A stretch of 63,548 nucleotides of DNA, counting the filler, from Sphacelaria rigidula (lineage: Eukaryota): the NCBI GenBank assembly GCA_964200075.2. It is 11 parts of 11 records of this genome, joined end to end, with 100 filler letters (N's around TTAATTAATTAA, not from the genome) between each part and the next. Parts side by side here need not be neighbours in the genome. Positions count along the whole stretch, not along the records: positions 11,575 to 17,260 come from CAXNAA020025252.1; positions 17,361 to 23,046 come from CAXNAA020025253.1; positions 23,147 to 28,832 come from CAXNAA020025254.1; 8 more parts are not named here. The stretch is one strand, 5' to 3'. Under the pieces are notes generated by a model. That model had not been told where the DNA came from. It did no database searches and saw nothing but the letters and a program-made list of their open reading frames with translations. Positions 11,954 through 24,148 of the stretch are shown here, in pieces (position 1 is the first letter of the stretch; each line of letters begins with the position of its first letter). The translations under genes were made by a program, and so were the position numbers.

Positions 11954-12904
11954 ATCGTGGCCTGCTCGGCGACAATTGGCCGCCCGCTGCGGCGCGAGCT
12001 CGCGCACATCGTGAGGAGCGCGTTTGCTGTCGCAGCCGAAGTCGACCCAGCAGCAGCAAAAGCAGTCGAGGATGGGGAACAACGCGGAGATCTTCGGGTG
12101 ATCCGGGACCTGTCCGCACAGTCCCCTGACGAAGCGTTGGCCTCCGAAAGGGCGGTTCCCATCCCGGGGGGTATCCGGCACTACTGCGTGCCCCTGCAGA
12201 ACGGCGAATTCTTCACTCGCTTGGAAGCTCTAACGGCCGCAATTCGCGAATTACAACCCCGACGCCCGCTAGTCTTCGTGCCTCCCCAGGAGAGGGTCAC
12301 TGCGGTTGTGGCCCACCTGCGGCGCGCCGGCGGGGACATAGGGCCCAATGCCATGGCCTTGCACGAGGCTATGGGGTTCGCTTCCGGCCTGTATGGTGGG
12401 GATGATGATGACGATGATGGAGAGATGGAAGGCGGGCGTGGCGGCAATGCCGACCGCGTGAGGGTGGGTGGTGTTAGGGGTAAGCACAGTTCGGAGGCAA
12501 TTTTGCAGCACGATAAACTCACCGGGCAGTTGAGCGCCTCCTCGCGGAGTAGGAGTAGTAGTGTAGAAGCGGAAACGGGAGCAGGTGAAGCTGTCGGTGA
12601 CGATTTGCTATTGGGGGCAGAGTCTGGGTTGAAAAGGCTCGGCGAGGGGGACACCGGTGCGATTCTCGTGACTGGGGAAGACTCTGCCCGGGGCTTGCAT
12701 TTCGACGACGTTGATTTCGTGTTTCTGATGCAGAGGCCCAAGAACCCGGATGAGTACGTGCACTTGGCGGGGCGAACGGGGCGGCAGGGGAAGGAGGGTA
12801 ACGTTGTGACACTTGTTACGGTGGAAGAATTTCGAAAGATGCGCGCGTGGAGTACGTCGCTCAAGGTGTACTACGAGAAGATGGACGTATTGGCGAGTCA
12901 ATAG
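11954..12904 (+). CDS. DEAD-box RNA helicase, terminal exon (motif III to C-terminus)
   Basis: A pyrimidine tract and CAG acceptor end at 11953. The exon reads IVACSAT (III), LVFVP (IV), LVTGEDSARGLHF (V), EYVHLAGRTGRQG (VI), with the stop at 12904. Confidence 0.88.
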   Translation: MVACSATIGRPLRRELAHIVRSAFAVAAEVDPAAAKAVEDGEQRGDLRVIRDLSAQSPDEALASERAVPIPGGIRHYCVPLQNGEFFTRLEALTAAIRELQPRRPLVFVPPQERVTAVVAHLRRAGGDIGPNAMALHEAMGFASGLYGGDDDDDDGEMEGGRGGNADRVRVGGVRGKHSSEAILQHDKLTGQLSASSRSRSSSVEAETGAGEAVGDDLLLGAESGLKRLGEGDTGAILVTGEDSARGLHFDDVDFVFLMQRPKNPDEYVHLAGRTGRQGKEGNVVTLVTVEEFRKMRAWSTSLKVYYEKMDVLASQ

Positions 12905-14037
12905 TGTAGTGGTACGTGTAATGTGTGAGCAGGGCGTGGCCGCACGCCGTGGTGGGCAGAGACCCTTCGTTGCATCTGTTGATGAGAAAACTGAGGCTTT
13001 ATTGTGTGAAATGTCAGTGTGTGGTATGCGTGTGTATGATAAAACGATCCAGTAGATTTTGGTCGGGTCCTGGGGTTGATCGTTCTTTTGGTACTTGTGT
13101 GATACAGTTACAGTGAGTGATGAAACTACAGCGCAAAATCGTGGTGAAGGAGCCACTGGTCGTTACACGTGTAGAAAACATTGGTTTCCTGTGTGGTGTT
13201 GAAAAAATCGTCCGTCGAGGTGTATGTGTGAAATGTCCCCCCCCTCCCCCCTCCCCCCCCGAATAAACCGCAAAGTTCACACGTTTTAATGTTTAGCCCA
13301 TCGTAGTAACTCATCCACAGTGGCGGACCCCAAGCCTTCTCCACAAAGGCCTCGTTTCCCACTATCCAGCTGCACAATAGACACTGTAACCTTTAAAGTA
13401 ATTTATGCAGGGGCCTTGACAGTGTGAAAAAGGATCAACTTATGGGAAACTCCGAATGAAATCAATCTGGTCTTGTCTCACCAGGCTCGTAGCAGTTGTC
13501 ACGGAGTTTAGTAGTGCTGTGATCTCGCCATCGCCAGTCAGCGCAAGCAGGCCTGAGTTTTGCCGCTGTTCTAGTCATTTTTTTGGCGACGGCAGCCTGT
13601 CAGCCCCTTTCTTCTCTCATGAGTCTGGAATTTTCATACGAAATTGGGACCACAGAAGGCAAGCAAGCCATAGGATCCTTTTTAACGATGGGGACAAGGG
13701 GCCCGACCACCTGCCGGCCAGGAGCCAGAGTCCCTCCCTCTATTCCTCCATCGGAGGCTGTCCAGAATCAGGAAAAACTAGGGCAAAAACTCTCCCTCCT
13801 ATTTCTCCACCAGTACACGCAATTGAACCATGCCTTCACTAACCAAGGATCGCCTGTGCATGGGCAGCTCAAAAACGATGAGTTTTGGTATGTTCCCCCT
13901 GTTGGGGGCGAGTTTAGGGTCCAATAATAGCAGTCTGGTTCACGGTCGGAATGACCAGATATCCACTTATGGATCATGACGTGTATGATATGCTTTCTAC
14001 GCCCATGATGTCACTTGAGTTCAGTCTGGGATGAAAG

Positions 14038-14240
14038 CACTTGGTTTTATTGTATCCCAATAACTACTTGGTTTTAGTATCATTGATGACTACTGGGTTC
14101 CAGTATAGTCGATAACTCCTTGGTTTCCGTGTGTTCAATACAACTACTTGGTTTCAGCAGTCAATAACTAATCGGTTCAAGTATGATCAATCACTACTAT
14201 ACTTGATTCCAGCGTGATCAAATACTACAGTAGTTTTCAC
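14038..14240. repeat. Degenerate minisatellite, ~26-bp unit, ~8 copies
   Basis: Repeated ATAACTACTTGGTTTCAGTAT-like units. Confidence 0.7.
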
Positions 14241-14699
14241 CTGGAGTACGAGTAGGGGTTTTTGTAATTTTTCGCAGTCAGCGATTTTCAACAGCATTGT
14301 CAGTGCCACCGCACATCCCAGTGAACGTTTGATCCCGAAGTTTGGGGATCGGGTGATACGAGGCATCCGGTCCACACTCCAAAACAAAAAAATCTTTGCA
14401 TTCAATATTGAACGTATCACGGCCAGACCGGTTTTCGGGGGTCCTGTGACTACCCAGCCCCAGATTCTGCCCCTTGGGTATTTTTGTTCAACTGAAGCAA
14501 TCCCGATTGTTCTTGTAAGCAAATGAAGAGCAATGTGGAGATCGCTATTTCGTATGCGCGGAGAGATTTCCTTTCATGACGTGTAACCCGGTCAACGGCC
14601 GTTACAGGTGCAGTTCTGACTGCCAGGAGGTCCGAAACTCCCACACCTGTACCGCCGGATCTGGGACCCTAAGGTAACAGGAACCTTTCCAGCGAGCTG

Positions 14700-17260
14700 C
14701 TGGCAAGCCCGGGGGCTCACTCTCCCGAGTGATCCAGCTGCCCAAACCCCTCGACTATGGTCAATCTTTGACTACATGAGACGAGGAAAATCATCGGCCA
14801 CCTCCTACGGTCGCTACCGTCCACATGGAGTCACACGACCTCCACATTGGCGATCCGGATCACATACTGACAGAGAACTCAGTGATGAGCGCATTCAGGT
14901 GGATTCTCGATTGGCAAGCAGAAACTTCGACGTTCCGTAATTCAACAGTTCGCCTCAAATTTACTCACAGACTCACAGAAGGAACACAGAAAAGTTCATG
15001 CGACGTTCTCGGAAAATGATTTTTGTTCTGTCACACGAGTAGCATCGACTGAACATGTACCAGTGTACCTCTCAAAGAGCTGCTTTGTCCCGCCTAGAAG
15101 CGAGATGGATCTTCTTGTAGAAACGCATGCGCCGCCAACCCTTACAACTGGAGCAGTCATTGAGCCACGAATTGTAACGGGTGAAGACCTCTAATCCTCA
15201 AAAGTACCGGAAACTTTTAGCCGCCTCATTGTAGCATGCACAGCCTGTACGTGGTCATCAGCGGTCAATAAAACAGCTATGGCACAGGTAGCAAATCTGT
15301 CGAGTCGGCATGTCCAACTCCCACGAAATATTCTTCTGGGATACACCTCACAAGTTGAAACAAACAAGCCGACGGGAACGCCAGTGCAATTTCACAAGTT
15401 GAACCGCACAATACTGACGCACGAGAAGAACTGACGACAGCGCTCGAAAATGCATTTCAAAATCACACTTTTTCTAAATATCAAAAGAGCCAAGTGCTCG
15501 ATTTATGCATAAGATACAGGTCAGCCTTCTCACCATCACCGCTGGAGCTAAGATGTTGCACAATCGTGGAAGCAACATTTCTCTTAGTTCCGGATACGAA
15601 ACCCGTCGGTAGAGCCCCGTATCAGGCCAACCCCCGGATACAAGAATAGTCATCGATAAGTGCGTGGAGGAGACGGAAGGAGACGGGATAGTTGAATAAA
15701 AACCAGTCCATAGGACTCTGCGGTGGTTATTGTAGGAAAAAGTGATAGTACAGTCCGATTTTGTGTCGACTAAATATCCACGCTTAATAAAAGTCTTGTG
15801 CGAAAATCATGGCCCATGCCTAATTTCGAAAGTCACGTACACACGTTGGCAAGGGCAAAGTGTATCTCTCTCTTTGAGGTACAGAGCGCATTCCATCAAA
15901 TCCCAATAGCGGAAGAGGAAAAAGAAAAAACGACCTTCGTCACGAAAAAACGTAAATGGATGTTTGACCGCCTGCCGTTCGGCTTGGCATCGTCCCCGTT
16001 CGTTTTTTCGCGAATAATGGCTCTTACGCTCTCACACTTTGGACCCAAGAGCGGTTTATTAGTGTACATGGATGATTTAATCGCCTGTTCCTCCACACGG
16101 GAAAGTAACCTGACTCTATTGGAAAACATGTTCAAAGCACTGAAAAAAGCAGGTCTCACTCTCAAGCCCTCAAAAGTAAAGTTCGGACCTAAGGAGGTAA
16201 AGTATACCTCGGCAATATTTTGTCCGCTGACGGGATCAAATTTGGGAAGACCGTGTAAAAGCCATATGAGAATTACCCACGTCAATCAATATCAAGCAAT
16301 TGCGGTCGGTGTTAGGCACGATCATTTTTGTTCGGAAGTTTATGCCGAATCTCTCACAAGTGATCGCGCCACCAGTAGATCTCAAAGGAAGAGAGGCAGC
16401 CAAAGAAGTAGCAAAACGCTGGAATGCCCGACACGATGCAGCTTTCGCAGAAGTAAAAACGCTTCCTAGAACTGCTCCGGTACTTTATTTCCCAGACTTT
16501 TCAAAGGAGTTCACCATTCAAGTGGACGCCTCAGAATAAGGTACGAGCTCGGTGCTTACCCAAGATAAGGAAGGAGAAACTATAATCGTTGCGTGTTTCA
16601 GCCAGCGTTTCAATCATTCTGAGCGGCACTACTCTGCTAGATTCCAAGAATATTATGCAGTTGTATTAACCATACAACACTGGCGCCCGTTCTTATGAGG
16701 ACGACATTTCACGTGTGTGGCAGACCATGCAGCACTGAGGTATCTCTATTCGATGTAAGATACGAGCAACGTGTTGACAAGGTGGCCGATAGCTTTACAG
16801 TCATACTTTGCTGTGAAGCACAAACCCGGCAAGTTGAACATTCTTCCGGACGCTGTCAAGGCTTTCCAGTTTGGGCGAGAGTAGAATCATGAGGTCAAGC
16901 CCCTGCTCGCGGCAACCTGTCGGAACGTCCCAGAGGACACCGCACTACACATGAAGGAACCGCATCATCAACCGTTTCAAATTTTGGCGGAAAAACTGGA
17001 TAATCTGAAATCAGCACAGAGCGACAGAGAGCTCTTCACCATCAAAGCTACACACACGAACGCTACGAATATTTTCACGTCTGCAGACAAAGACAAGTTG
17101 CGAACCGAACAGGCAAACGAATATGGCTTCTATATCCAATATCTGACAGAGGAACGCGCATCGTTACCGGAAAAGGAGACCCTAAGATCTATAGTAGTCA
17201 GCGTCAGAAGTTTTCAGAATTCGTAGTCGTCCTTTTTTCTGAGTTTTTCTGGAGTAAGAT
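14700..17260 (+). mobile_element. Degenerate Ty3/gypsy LTR retrotransposon pol (protease remnant, RT, RNase H)
   Basis: VRFCVD, WPMP, SAFHQIPI, RLPFGLASSP and LVYMDDLI (RT). LYFPDFSKEFTIQVDAS, HWRPFL, DHAALRYL and VKHKPGK (RNase H). Many stops and frameshifts. The left boundary is approximate. Confidence 0.93.
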
Positions 17261-17360
17261 NNNNNNNNNNNNNNNNNNNNNNNNNNNNNNNNNNNNNNNN
17301 NNNNTTAATTAATTAANNNNNNNNNNNNNNNNNNNNNNNNNNNNNNNNNNNNNNNNNNNN
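17261..17360. other. Artificial contig linker
   Basis: 44 N + TTAATTAATTAA + 44 N. Confidence 0.98.
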
Positions 17361-20300
17361 ACGCCTCACCCCTGACTGCGGTACTAGCCAGTCCCGCAAT
17401 CAGCCCTCCGGGCGCGTAAGTCGTTTTGAATCGACGGCCCATCATCGTACTACCCTTATCCACCACGCCACGCCGCGATCCGTAACATACCGTACGTATA
17501 ATTGATTAATCACTTGGCTCCCCAGGGGTCCAGCATATATGGTTGGTGTGATACATATCCACGCATTCAAGACGAAGGCCATGACTAGTACTTGAAAAAA
17601 GTCGACTGCAACCGGATATGAACTGCTTTAGTCAAGTCATCACTTTGATCTAGCGGTACTAAATGCTTGAAATCCTTGACTACCGCATTGTCCAAATCTA
17701 CCGTACCGAAAAAGACAACACTGAACAGCTGAAACTACCGAACTTCGACTGCAGGAAACCAAATTACTCGGGTTCAGTGTACCTGTACAGCATTACTCGG
17801 GTTTAGTATGTTTCAACTTTAAGGCACCCACAACTGGAAATTTGAAACAATCTCCCTCCGCGCGTGCGGGGGCAAGCGTTATGACATTCTTGCTGTGAGA
17901 ATGCTATACCCTGTGTGCGGCAGGTGGGGGCTCCACGTATCCGAAATTTCAATCTACGCTCCCCCCTCAAGATACTACTGTCGTGCAGTACATGAAATAA
18001 GTTTGGCGCGTCATTTGTAACGGGGTATAGCACCCCCTTGTTTGCATATTATCGGCCTGGGCAAACTCTGGAGAAGCAAGACTCTGTGCTGCCGAGTCGC
18101 ACTTCGTTCACGAAATATCCCACCTATATTATTTTTCCAGACAGTCAGATCTACACCGCGGCGCAGTTCTTGTAGTCGGAAGACCTGCCGTTCGATTTGT
18201 GCTGTTGTGCGTAACCGACGTACAACGTGTGGCACCCCGCCATACCCACGCCAACAAGGAGCGTACCGTATACGAAACAACAGGGCGCATATCCCTTCTT
18301 GACCATTTGTTAGCTATCAACAGCGCACAGTTTTTCTTCGGTCGGAAGGAATACAGGGCAACGAGGACGTAGAGATACCATATCTCCGACGCCCGCTACC
18401 TAGATGATGGTCCATCTATAATGTCTCTTCGTCCCATGACCATGCAGTCTTCCGTGACGTTAAAGGACAGACGCAACACAGAACAGAGGTCCACCGAAGA
18501 CCGTGTACAGATGTTGACTTGTGGACCGCTTTCCGGTTTGTCCATCTTCGAGGGACGTATGTTGTAGGCGACACGGATGCTTGCGCACGGGGTGCGCATG
18601 TAGAACATGCACTCCTTGCAAAGCACCAGGTTCTGACACAAGAAGGATCTTGAATTATTTTATTTTCGTAATGGTCTGGCCAAGGTCTGGGTGGGGCACG
18701 GAGGAAAGTTGTTTTCTACCTTTTTGTTTATTTTTATTTTTTACATTACCCTCATATTTGAGGCAACCGTTTGTTTCGGGATATTTTCTGCCAATCAGCG
18801 TTCATTTCGGTATTTATGCTCTGATGCATTCTTGCACTGCTATCTGTTGTACGGAACGGCCCTAAATTTCTATATTTATTGTGTACTTTGTTACTAGCCC
18901 AGACGACAGACATTTCAACATCAGTCCTTTCCGGAGAACGGCAGCAACAACAGGCAGCAAAAGAGGTCTGCCTCATTATTCTTTTCGAAAGGAGAGTACG
19001 AGCACATAGAGGGGCAAGAGATACAGGTATCACGTAATTTAAATCCCTTCATCTTACTGGCACGTTGTGCAGTGCCTGCTTCGGGGCTCGGAGATTGAGC
19101 GGGCACGAGCGGGCACGAGAAAAGGCGGCATAAATTAGTTCCGTATACCACGTATATAGTTTTTGAGACGAAAGCGGAGGAGAGCAGCTGTTGGCGAGGT
19201 CGGTGTGGGGCTTGTCGGCTCTGAAGGGGACCTTATTTTGATCTTGACTTGATCATAATAATGTTTTCATGCTGTGCTCTTTTCACGGCGGAGGAAACGG
19301 CTGCCGGCATGGAGCGTGCCAAGGGGTTGGATGTGAGTTTGATGATGGGGACGTGGGGAGCAAATTATTTTTCGTTATCGTGTGTTGTGTGGTCTTTTGC
19401 ACACACAAATCTATGTAGTACTACTGTAACTGGTTGTACTGACTGTCCTGTTGCAAAACTCTGCCGCCTGCTCTACTGTCTGTCACTGCATGTGTTCATT
19501 GCGTTAAAAAAAAGTAGAGACAACTGCCAAAGTTTCAGAGAGTGGAGAGGGCAGAGAGGTCTGATGGGCGAAAGGGCACGCCCTGGCGACTCATTTCAGC
19601 GTCTCTGGCCGACCTACAACAGCATAGCATGCCTTGGAGAATAGAAAAGCCGTCGATGTATTTGTTCTGTATCGGTACTCTCTCTCATCGCATCTCGGAA
19701 CACTCCCCCAGACCCCATTTTGCGTCCATCCTGTCTGCCGTTCTTCTTGCGGCCCTCCTTTTGCTCATGATGTGGGATATATGCTTACGAAATTGTCAGT
19801 CACATGAGGATGGATGCTAATTCATAAGTATGGTATGCAGTCATGTGGCAACTACTTCACGCATCTAGGTTTACTGTCAACACGGCACAACTGTCCGTCT
19901 GTTGTGCAGTATTGCGCTCTGTTGTGCGGTATTGCGCAGTAGGGCGCGGTATAACTCTGATACTGATACATCAGCCGCCCTCGAAGTAGACGGTACACTG
20001 CGTTTTCGAACTACAACAGTATACATACAACAGGACATGGTACCCGTACAGTGAATCTCGCGCCAATTTTCGTCATTGCTGTCTCGATGGTAACCGACTC
20101 TAATATCAGCAGCGCTGTCTGTATCGAAGGGTGTGCACCGCACCATATTGACCGTACAGTAAGTACCCCGTGTATATATATAAATTCCGTATCCACAACA
20201 GTCATGAGAACACAAGATATTTTGCTCCGTCCTTGTCCGTCCAGAGAACATTCGGCACAAACGATTTGCCATTCGATGTACATTCTAGTGCGAGCTTGAT

Positions 20301-21538
20301 GGTAAACGTTGGAGGCAAGCATAGCAAAATGCACACAGTTGTTTTCCTTCTCTTTGCGCGCGAGATCAATCACACGGAGACGTCACACTGAGATCTAGGG
20401 AACCAGAACAGAAGAGTTTGCGTGTTTTCCCTGCACCCGGGCCCCCATCTCTGTCATCGGTATCTCGTCTCCAAGGCATCCGTTTGGATTGTGAAAATCG
20501 AACCCGGTATAGATGGAACGTCGATTTCCTGTTGGTGTCGCTCGAGAACAGCCCCTTCAATCTATTTGTGGTATACTGATTCGAACTGTTGTAACTCTAC
20601 CACAAGTACTTCCTCCTCCTCCTTTGGGGCCACACTGTAGCCGCTACAACAGCACCGTCTTTGCGTACGATTTGTATCGCCTTTTGATTGGAGGAAGCTT
20701 TGTCAATTAGCGAACACTGATGTAACAGTACAGTTTAGCAAGCAGACATACAGTTGAGTCAGTGGGGTACGAGCGCATTCCGGTTGAGTACAAGCATAGT
20801 CCAGCTTCCAGAGGCCAATGGGATACAGCTAGGGTGTTGGGAGTTCCACCAGCTTCCGCAAGGATTCCTATTTGTGTCTAAGACCACCCAGACTATGCAC
20901 ATACAAGTATATACGAACACGGTGGGCTCTCTTTTTGCTCCCTAATAAATAGAGTCCAGGACCTGATGGCTTACTTCTCTCTACCAACGAGACGGTCAGG
21001 AAGATGCCCTCCGTGTTTATAGGGTCGCGCATGTAGGTCCCGGTCGATTCTTCTCATCGAGTGCAGCCCCGATTTCCCAACTATGTACCTGATACATCCT
21101 GCCTGTATACGTGCGTCCTGTAATATTCGAACTCTGCACTCTTTATATTTTCCAAGGCGCCAACCACGCTGGGGCTTTGTGAGGGATAGAGAACGAGGCG
21201 GCTTCTTGCCTTTTCGGTTCAAATGCTCTCATCGCACTACATCTCATTGCCGTGCTCGGCGATTACAGTCACATATATTTAGAGCACCCGCAGATGAACA
21301 CTCGAGTCTGGCGTTCATTTTACATCTCCATATGATGCCGCCGACACGAAAGTCTCAAACCTTAACCCCCCGACCGCCAGTGTGCGCCATCGGTACGCCA
21401 TCTTGGTCTTACATCCACTTTTCGAGAGAAAGTGCTGCCGATCTGTTTATTTAACACAGGAATCGTAGGGTTAAGAGTTCATCGACACACAGGAACCGAG
21501 AACCCTCGAGCACCGCCGGTGGGGTTCGCAGCCGTTAA

Positions 21539-21636
21539 CCCTTAGACCGCGAGGTTAGTCTTCTGTTGAATCGGCACCAATTTCAAGTGAAACAAAGTAT
21601 GCATGATCCAGCAAGACTAATCTCGCGGTCTAACGG
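21539..21636. mobile_element. 98-bp piggyBac-like MITE
   Basis: TTAA|CCCTTAGACCGCGAGGTTAGTCTT ... AAGACTAATCTCGCGGTCTAACGG|TTAA. Confidence 0.85.
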
Positions 21637-21907
21637 TTAAACGTGAATCTAGGGGAAAACATGTTTTGTCCTCAACTCTCCGACCACGGAGGGTTTGGGA
21701 TCTTTACTGCTGCAGCGATGTGTGGTTATTCCGCCACTATCTGTGTGCACAAATCTCGTTTTACGGGACGCAATGACAGTGGCGTACGGTTACGGTTCTC
21801 GGCTGGAGTGCGTCAATCCCGGAGAATACGGGAAAGGACTCGGTTGTTTCGGGTTTGCGGGTTGTTCTGCACCGTCCGCTTCCATCGCTGGAAGGTGAAA
21901 CAGACTA

Positions 21908-22010
21908 ACGACGCCGACCGCGAGGAGGGTAGTCCATCTGAATCATGAAAAATATCGAGTGAAATTGATGCCGATTCAACAGATGACTTACTCTTCTCGC
22001 CGTCGAGGTA
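21908..22010. mobile_element. Degenerate copy of the piggyBac-like MITE
   Basis: Shares GACCGCGAGG..GTAGTC and GAAATTGATGCCGATTCAACAGA with the other copies. Confidence 0.6.
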
Positions 22011-22187
22011 TTATCTCAACATGAACATGAGACGGGGCGAGTCTCGTTATTCCCTACTGCTGTTATTATTTCCGCACATCACGAGTAGTCAGGTCTCAAA
22101 ACCTGTATAGTACAGGTACGACCTGAAACTGAGTTCTTTCTGCATGTCGTCACGTGCAGGAATTATCAGGATTCTACTTGTACAGTA

Positions 22188-23010
22188 CGAGCTGGGCCAG
22201 CCTTCAAACGGATTTAAGCTCGAAAAGCAATATCTCATCGACACAGACGAGTTNNNNNNNNNNAGACGAGTTGGGCCGTGATCGGCATATCGTATTAATC
22301 GTCTAATCAAGGGCAAGGTGCCCATCTGCTTAAAATTTTGGGCCCATATTTTCTCGTTGAGTAAACCCCCATGTCTAGTAATTCCTACACCTAAGGGAGA
22401 TGGCGCCTATACTGAAATATCTATGGAACCCCCGATCGATGCATTCAGCGGATGGCAACGAATTTCGGTGTGCACATTCTCTGGAGCAAGGGGAAACGAC
22501 AGATACCTTCACCTTCACCTAATTCGTTATATATCCCGAGATATGGCGCACATAAGTTTTATACTTGAATGAATATATTACGACCAGAGGCACTGGATGC
22601 CCTGAATCTGGATATCTCGTCTGTTTTTGAGAGTTGTTCCATAAAATTTCGTGTGGTAAACCGCTAGTGCATAATAGAAATAAATTTAAACAGCTTGTTA
22701 CCTCTTAAATTTTTCTTCATCTTTTCTTCATTTTTTTCGTGTTTTTATTGAAGTTTTGAGGAGAAATGTACATCGCTGTTAGGCCTTATCTCAATGTTTA
22801 AGCGCAAGTTTTAGAATTTTGATCTAGAAGTTAGCATGGAGGACCACAAAAGAGTGCCGGATAGAAAAAAAAATGGGCTTTGATTTTTTTTTCCTTCATT
22901 TAGGTTAGGGCATTATCGTGAAGAAATGGTCTTTACTACACCAAAACGCCCTCAACCAGTGGAAAAATGACTTGAAAAAAGTCTGGACCACTGAGTTTTG
23001 TTGATTATGC
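22188..23010. mobile_element. Mariner-like 1.2-kb MITE, partial copy
   Basis: Starts TA|CGAGCTGGGCCAGCCT and is collinear with 1560 onward. Contains a 10-N scaffold gap (22254-22263) with AGACGAGTT duplicated on both sides. Confidence 0.82.
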
Positions 23011-23046
23011 ACTGACGAGTGTGTGTGTGTTGTGTGCTTGTCGTCT

Positions 23047-23146
23047 NNNNNNNNNNNNNNNNNNNNNNNNNNNNNNNNNNNNNNNNNNNNTTAATTAATT
23101 AANNNNNNNNNNNNNNNNNNNNNNNNNNNNNNNNNNNNNNNNNNNN
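23047..23146. other. Artificial contig linker
   Basis: 44 N + TTAATTAATTAA + 44 N. Confidence 0.98.
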
Positions 23147-23209
23147 CTTTGTAGGGATGCGAGGTCAATGGGCTTATGACTACGGCATGCGCGATCATGA
23201 GTACACCCC
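23147..23209 (+). repeat. Poly(C)-tailed repeat, family A
   Basis: Matches 1-67. Confidence 0.85.
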
Positions 23210-23246
23210 TCTCCTCCTCCTCTTATGAGACAGCGAAATAGGGAGG

Positions 23247-23316
23247 GGGGCGTACTCATTTGTTGCTTGCCTTGGTCGTTTGACCATTGACCACGCATCC
23301 CTTTCGAGACGGAGCA
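23247..23316 (-). mobile_element. ~70-nt poly(C)-tailed retroposon-like element, family B, with 13-bp TSD
   Basis: Reverse complement of GCTCCGTCTCGAAAGGGATGCGTGGTCAA..GGCAAGCAACAAATGAGTACG-C(n). Flanked by the direct repeat CGAAATAGGGAGG at 23234-23246 and 23317-23329. Confidence 0.8.
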
Positions 23317-23975
23317 CGAAATAGGGAGGAAGTAGGATATGTAAAAGGTTCTCGTGTAGTGTATAAAGGAAACGTGGTGATCGCTCGAAGGTTCATGGTG
23401 TCTCTGTTGGGGATAAGAATGGTGCTCCGTCTCGAGAGGGATGCGTGGTCAGTGGTCCAACGACTCGAGCAATCACCTGATTCGTACGCCCCCTTTCCCC
23501 CGCCCGCCCTCCTTCCTTTTCAAGCTCCCTTCCGGTGCGGTTTCCCTTTTTTATTCTATACCCTTCTTGTGACCGACTGGATTTCTGAGGGTTCAACTGA
23601 TGTGCGACTCGTATATCTCCATCCGGCTTTCACTTGACCTTTACCTGTCAAATCGAGTGGGTGGTTCCCCGATATGCGGGGGGCACTTCTGCGGGACGGC
23701 GGCACAAAGGTTTCAGGTGACTCATGCGACGAGTGGAGTTGACCGGGGTTAGGCTACCAAGTTCGAGTGCTTGGCTTGAGTGCAAACAAGGATAATCGGG
23801 TCAGGGGGAGCTGACAGTCTCGTGTGCTCCTCTCCTGCGCAGAACGCATTTTCGTCACAATCGGCACCTATGTCGCCGATCTGAGGTCGACCATTGCCAT
23901 AGTTTGCCTGGGGAACCCTCTGTAGCACCCTTACCCGAGTGTTTCTCGGTATGCATGGTGTGCACATTTTACGGC

Positions 23976-24148
23976 CAACGCTATGAACAATACATATGGT
24001 CAATAGATGCAAATAGACACAATATACGCTGCATATATAAAGTATAGGCACATTGCAACTACTGACGGCCGACAATCAGTAGGTCCACACTTGACCCAGT
24101 ACACTTTTTGTCTATTGCACTTGTTGACCATATATTGGCCGGGGTGTG
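23976..24148. mobile_element. CACACC-TIR MITE (family of 39889-40052), degenerate
   Basis: ACAATACATATGGTCAATAGATGCAA ... TTGACCATATATTGGCCGGGGTGTG. Confidence 0.65.

Noticed and set aside
12181..12864. 227-aa minus ORF
   Set aside because: Antisense shadow of the helicase exon.
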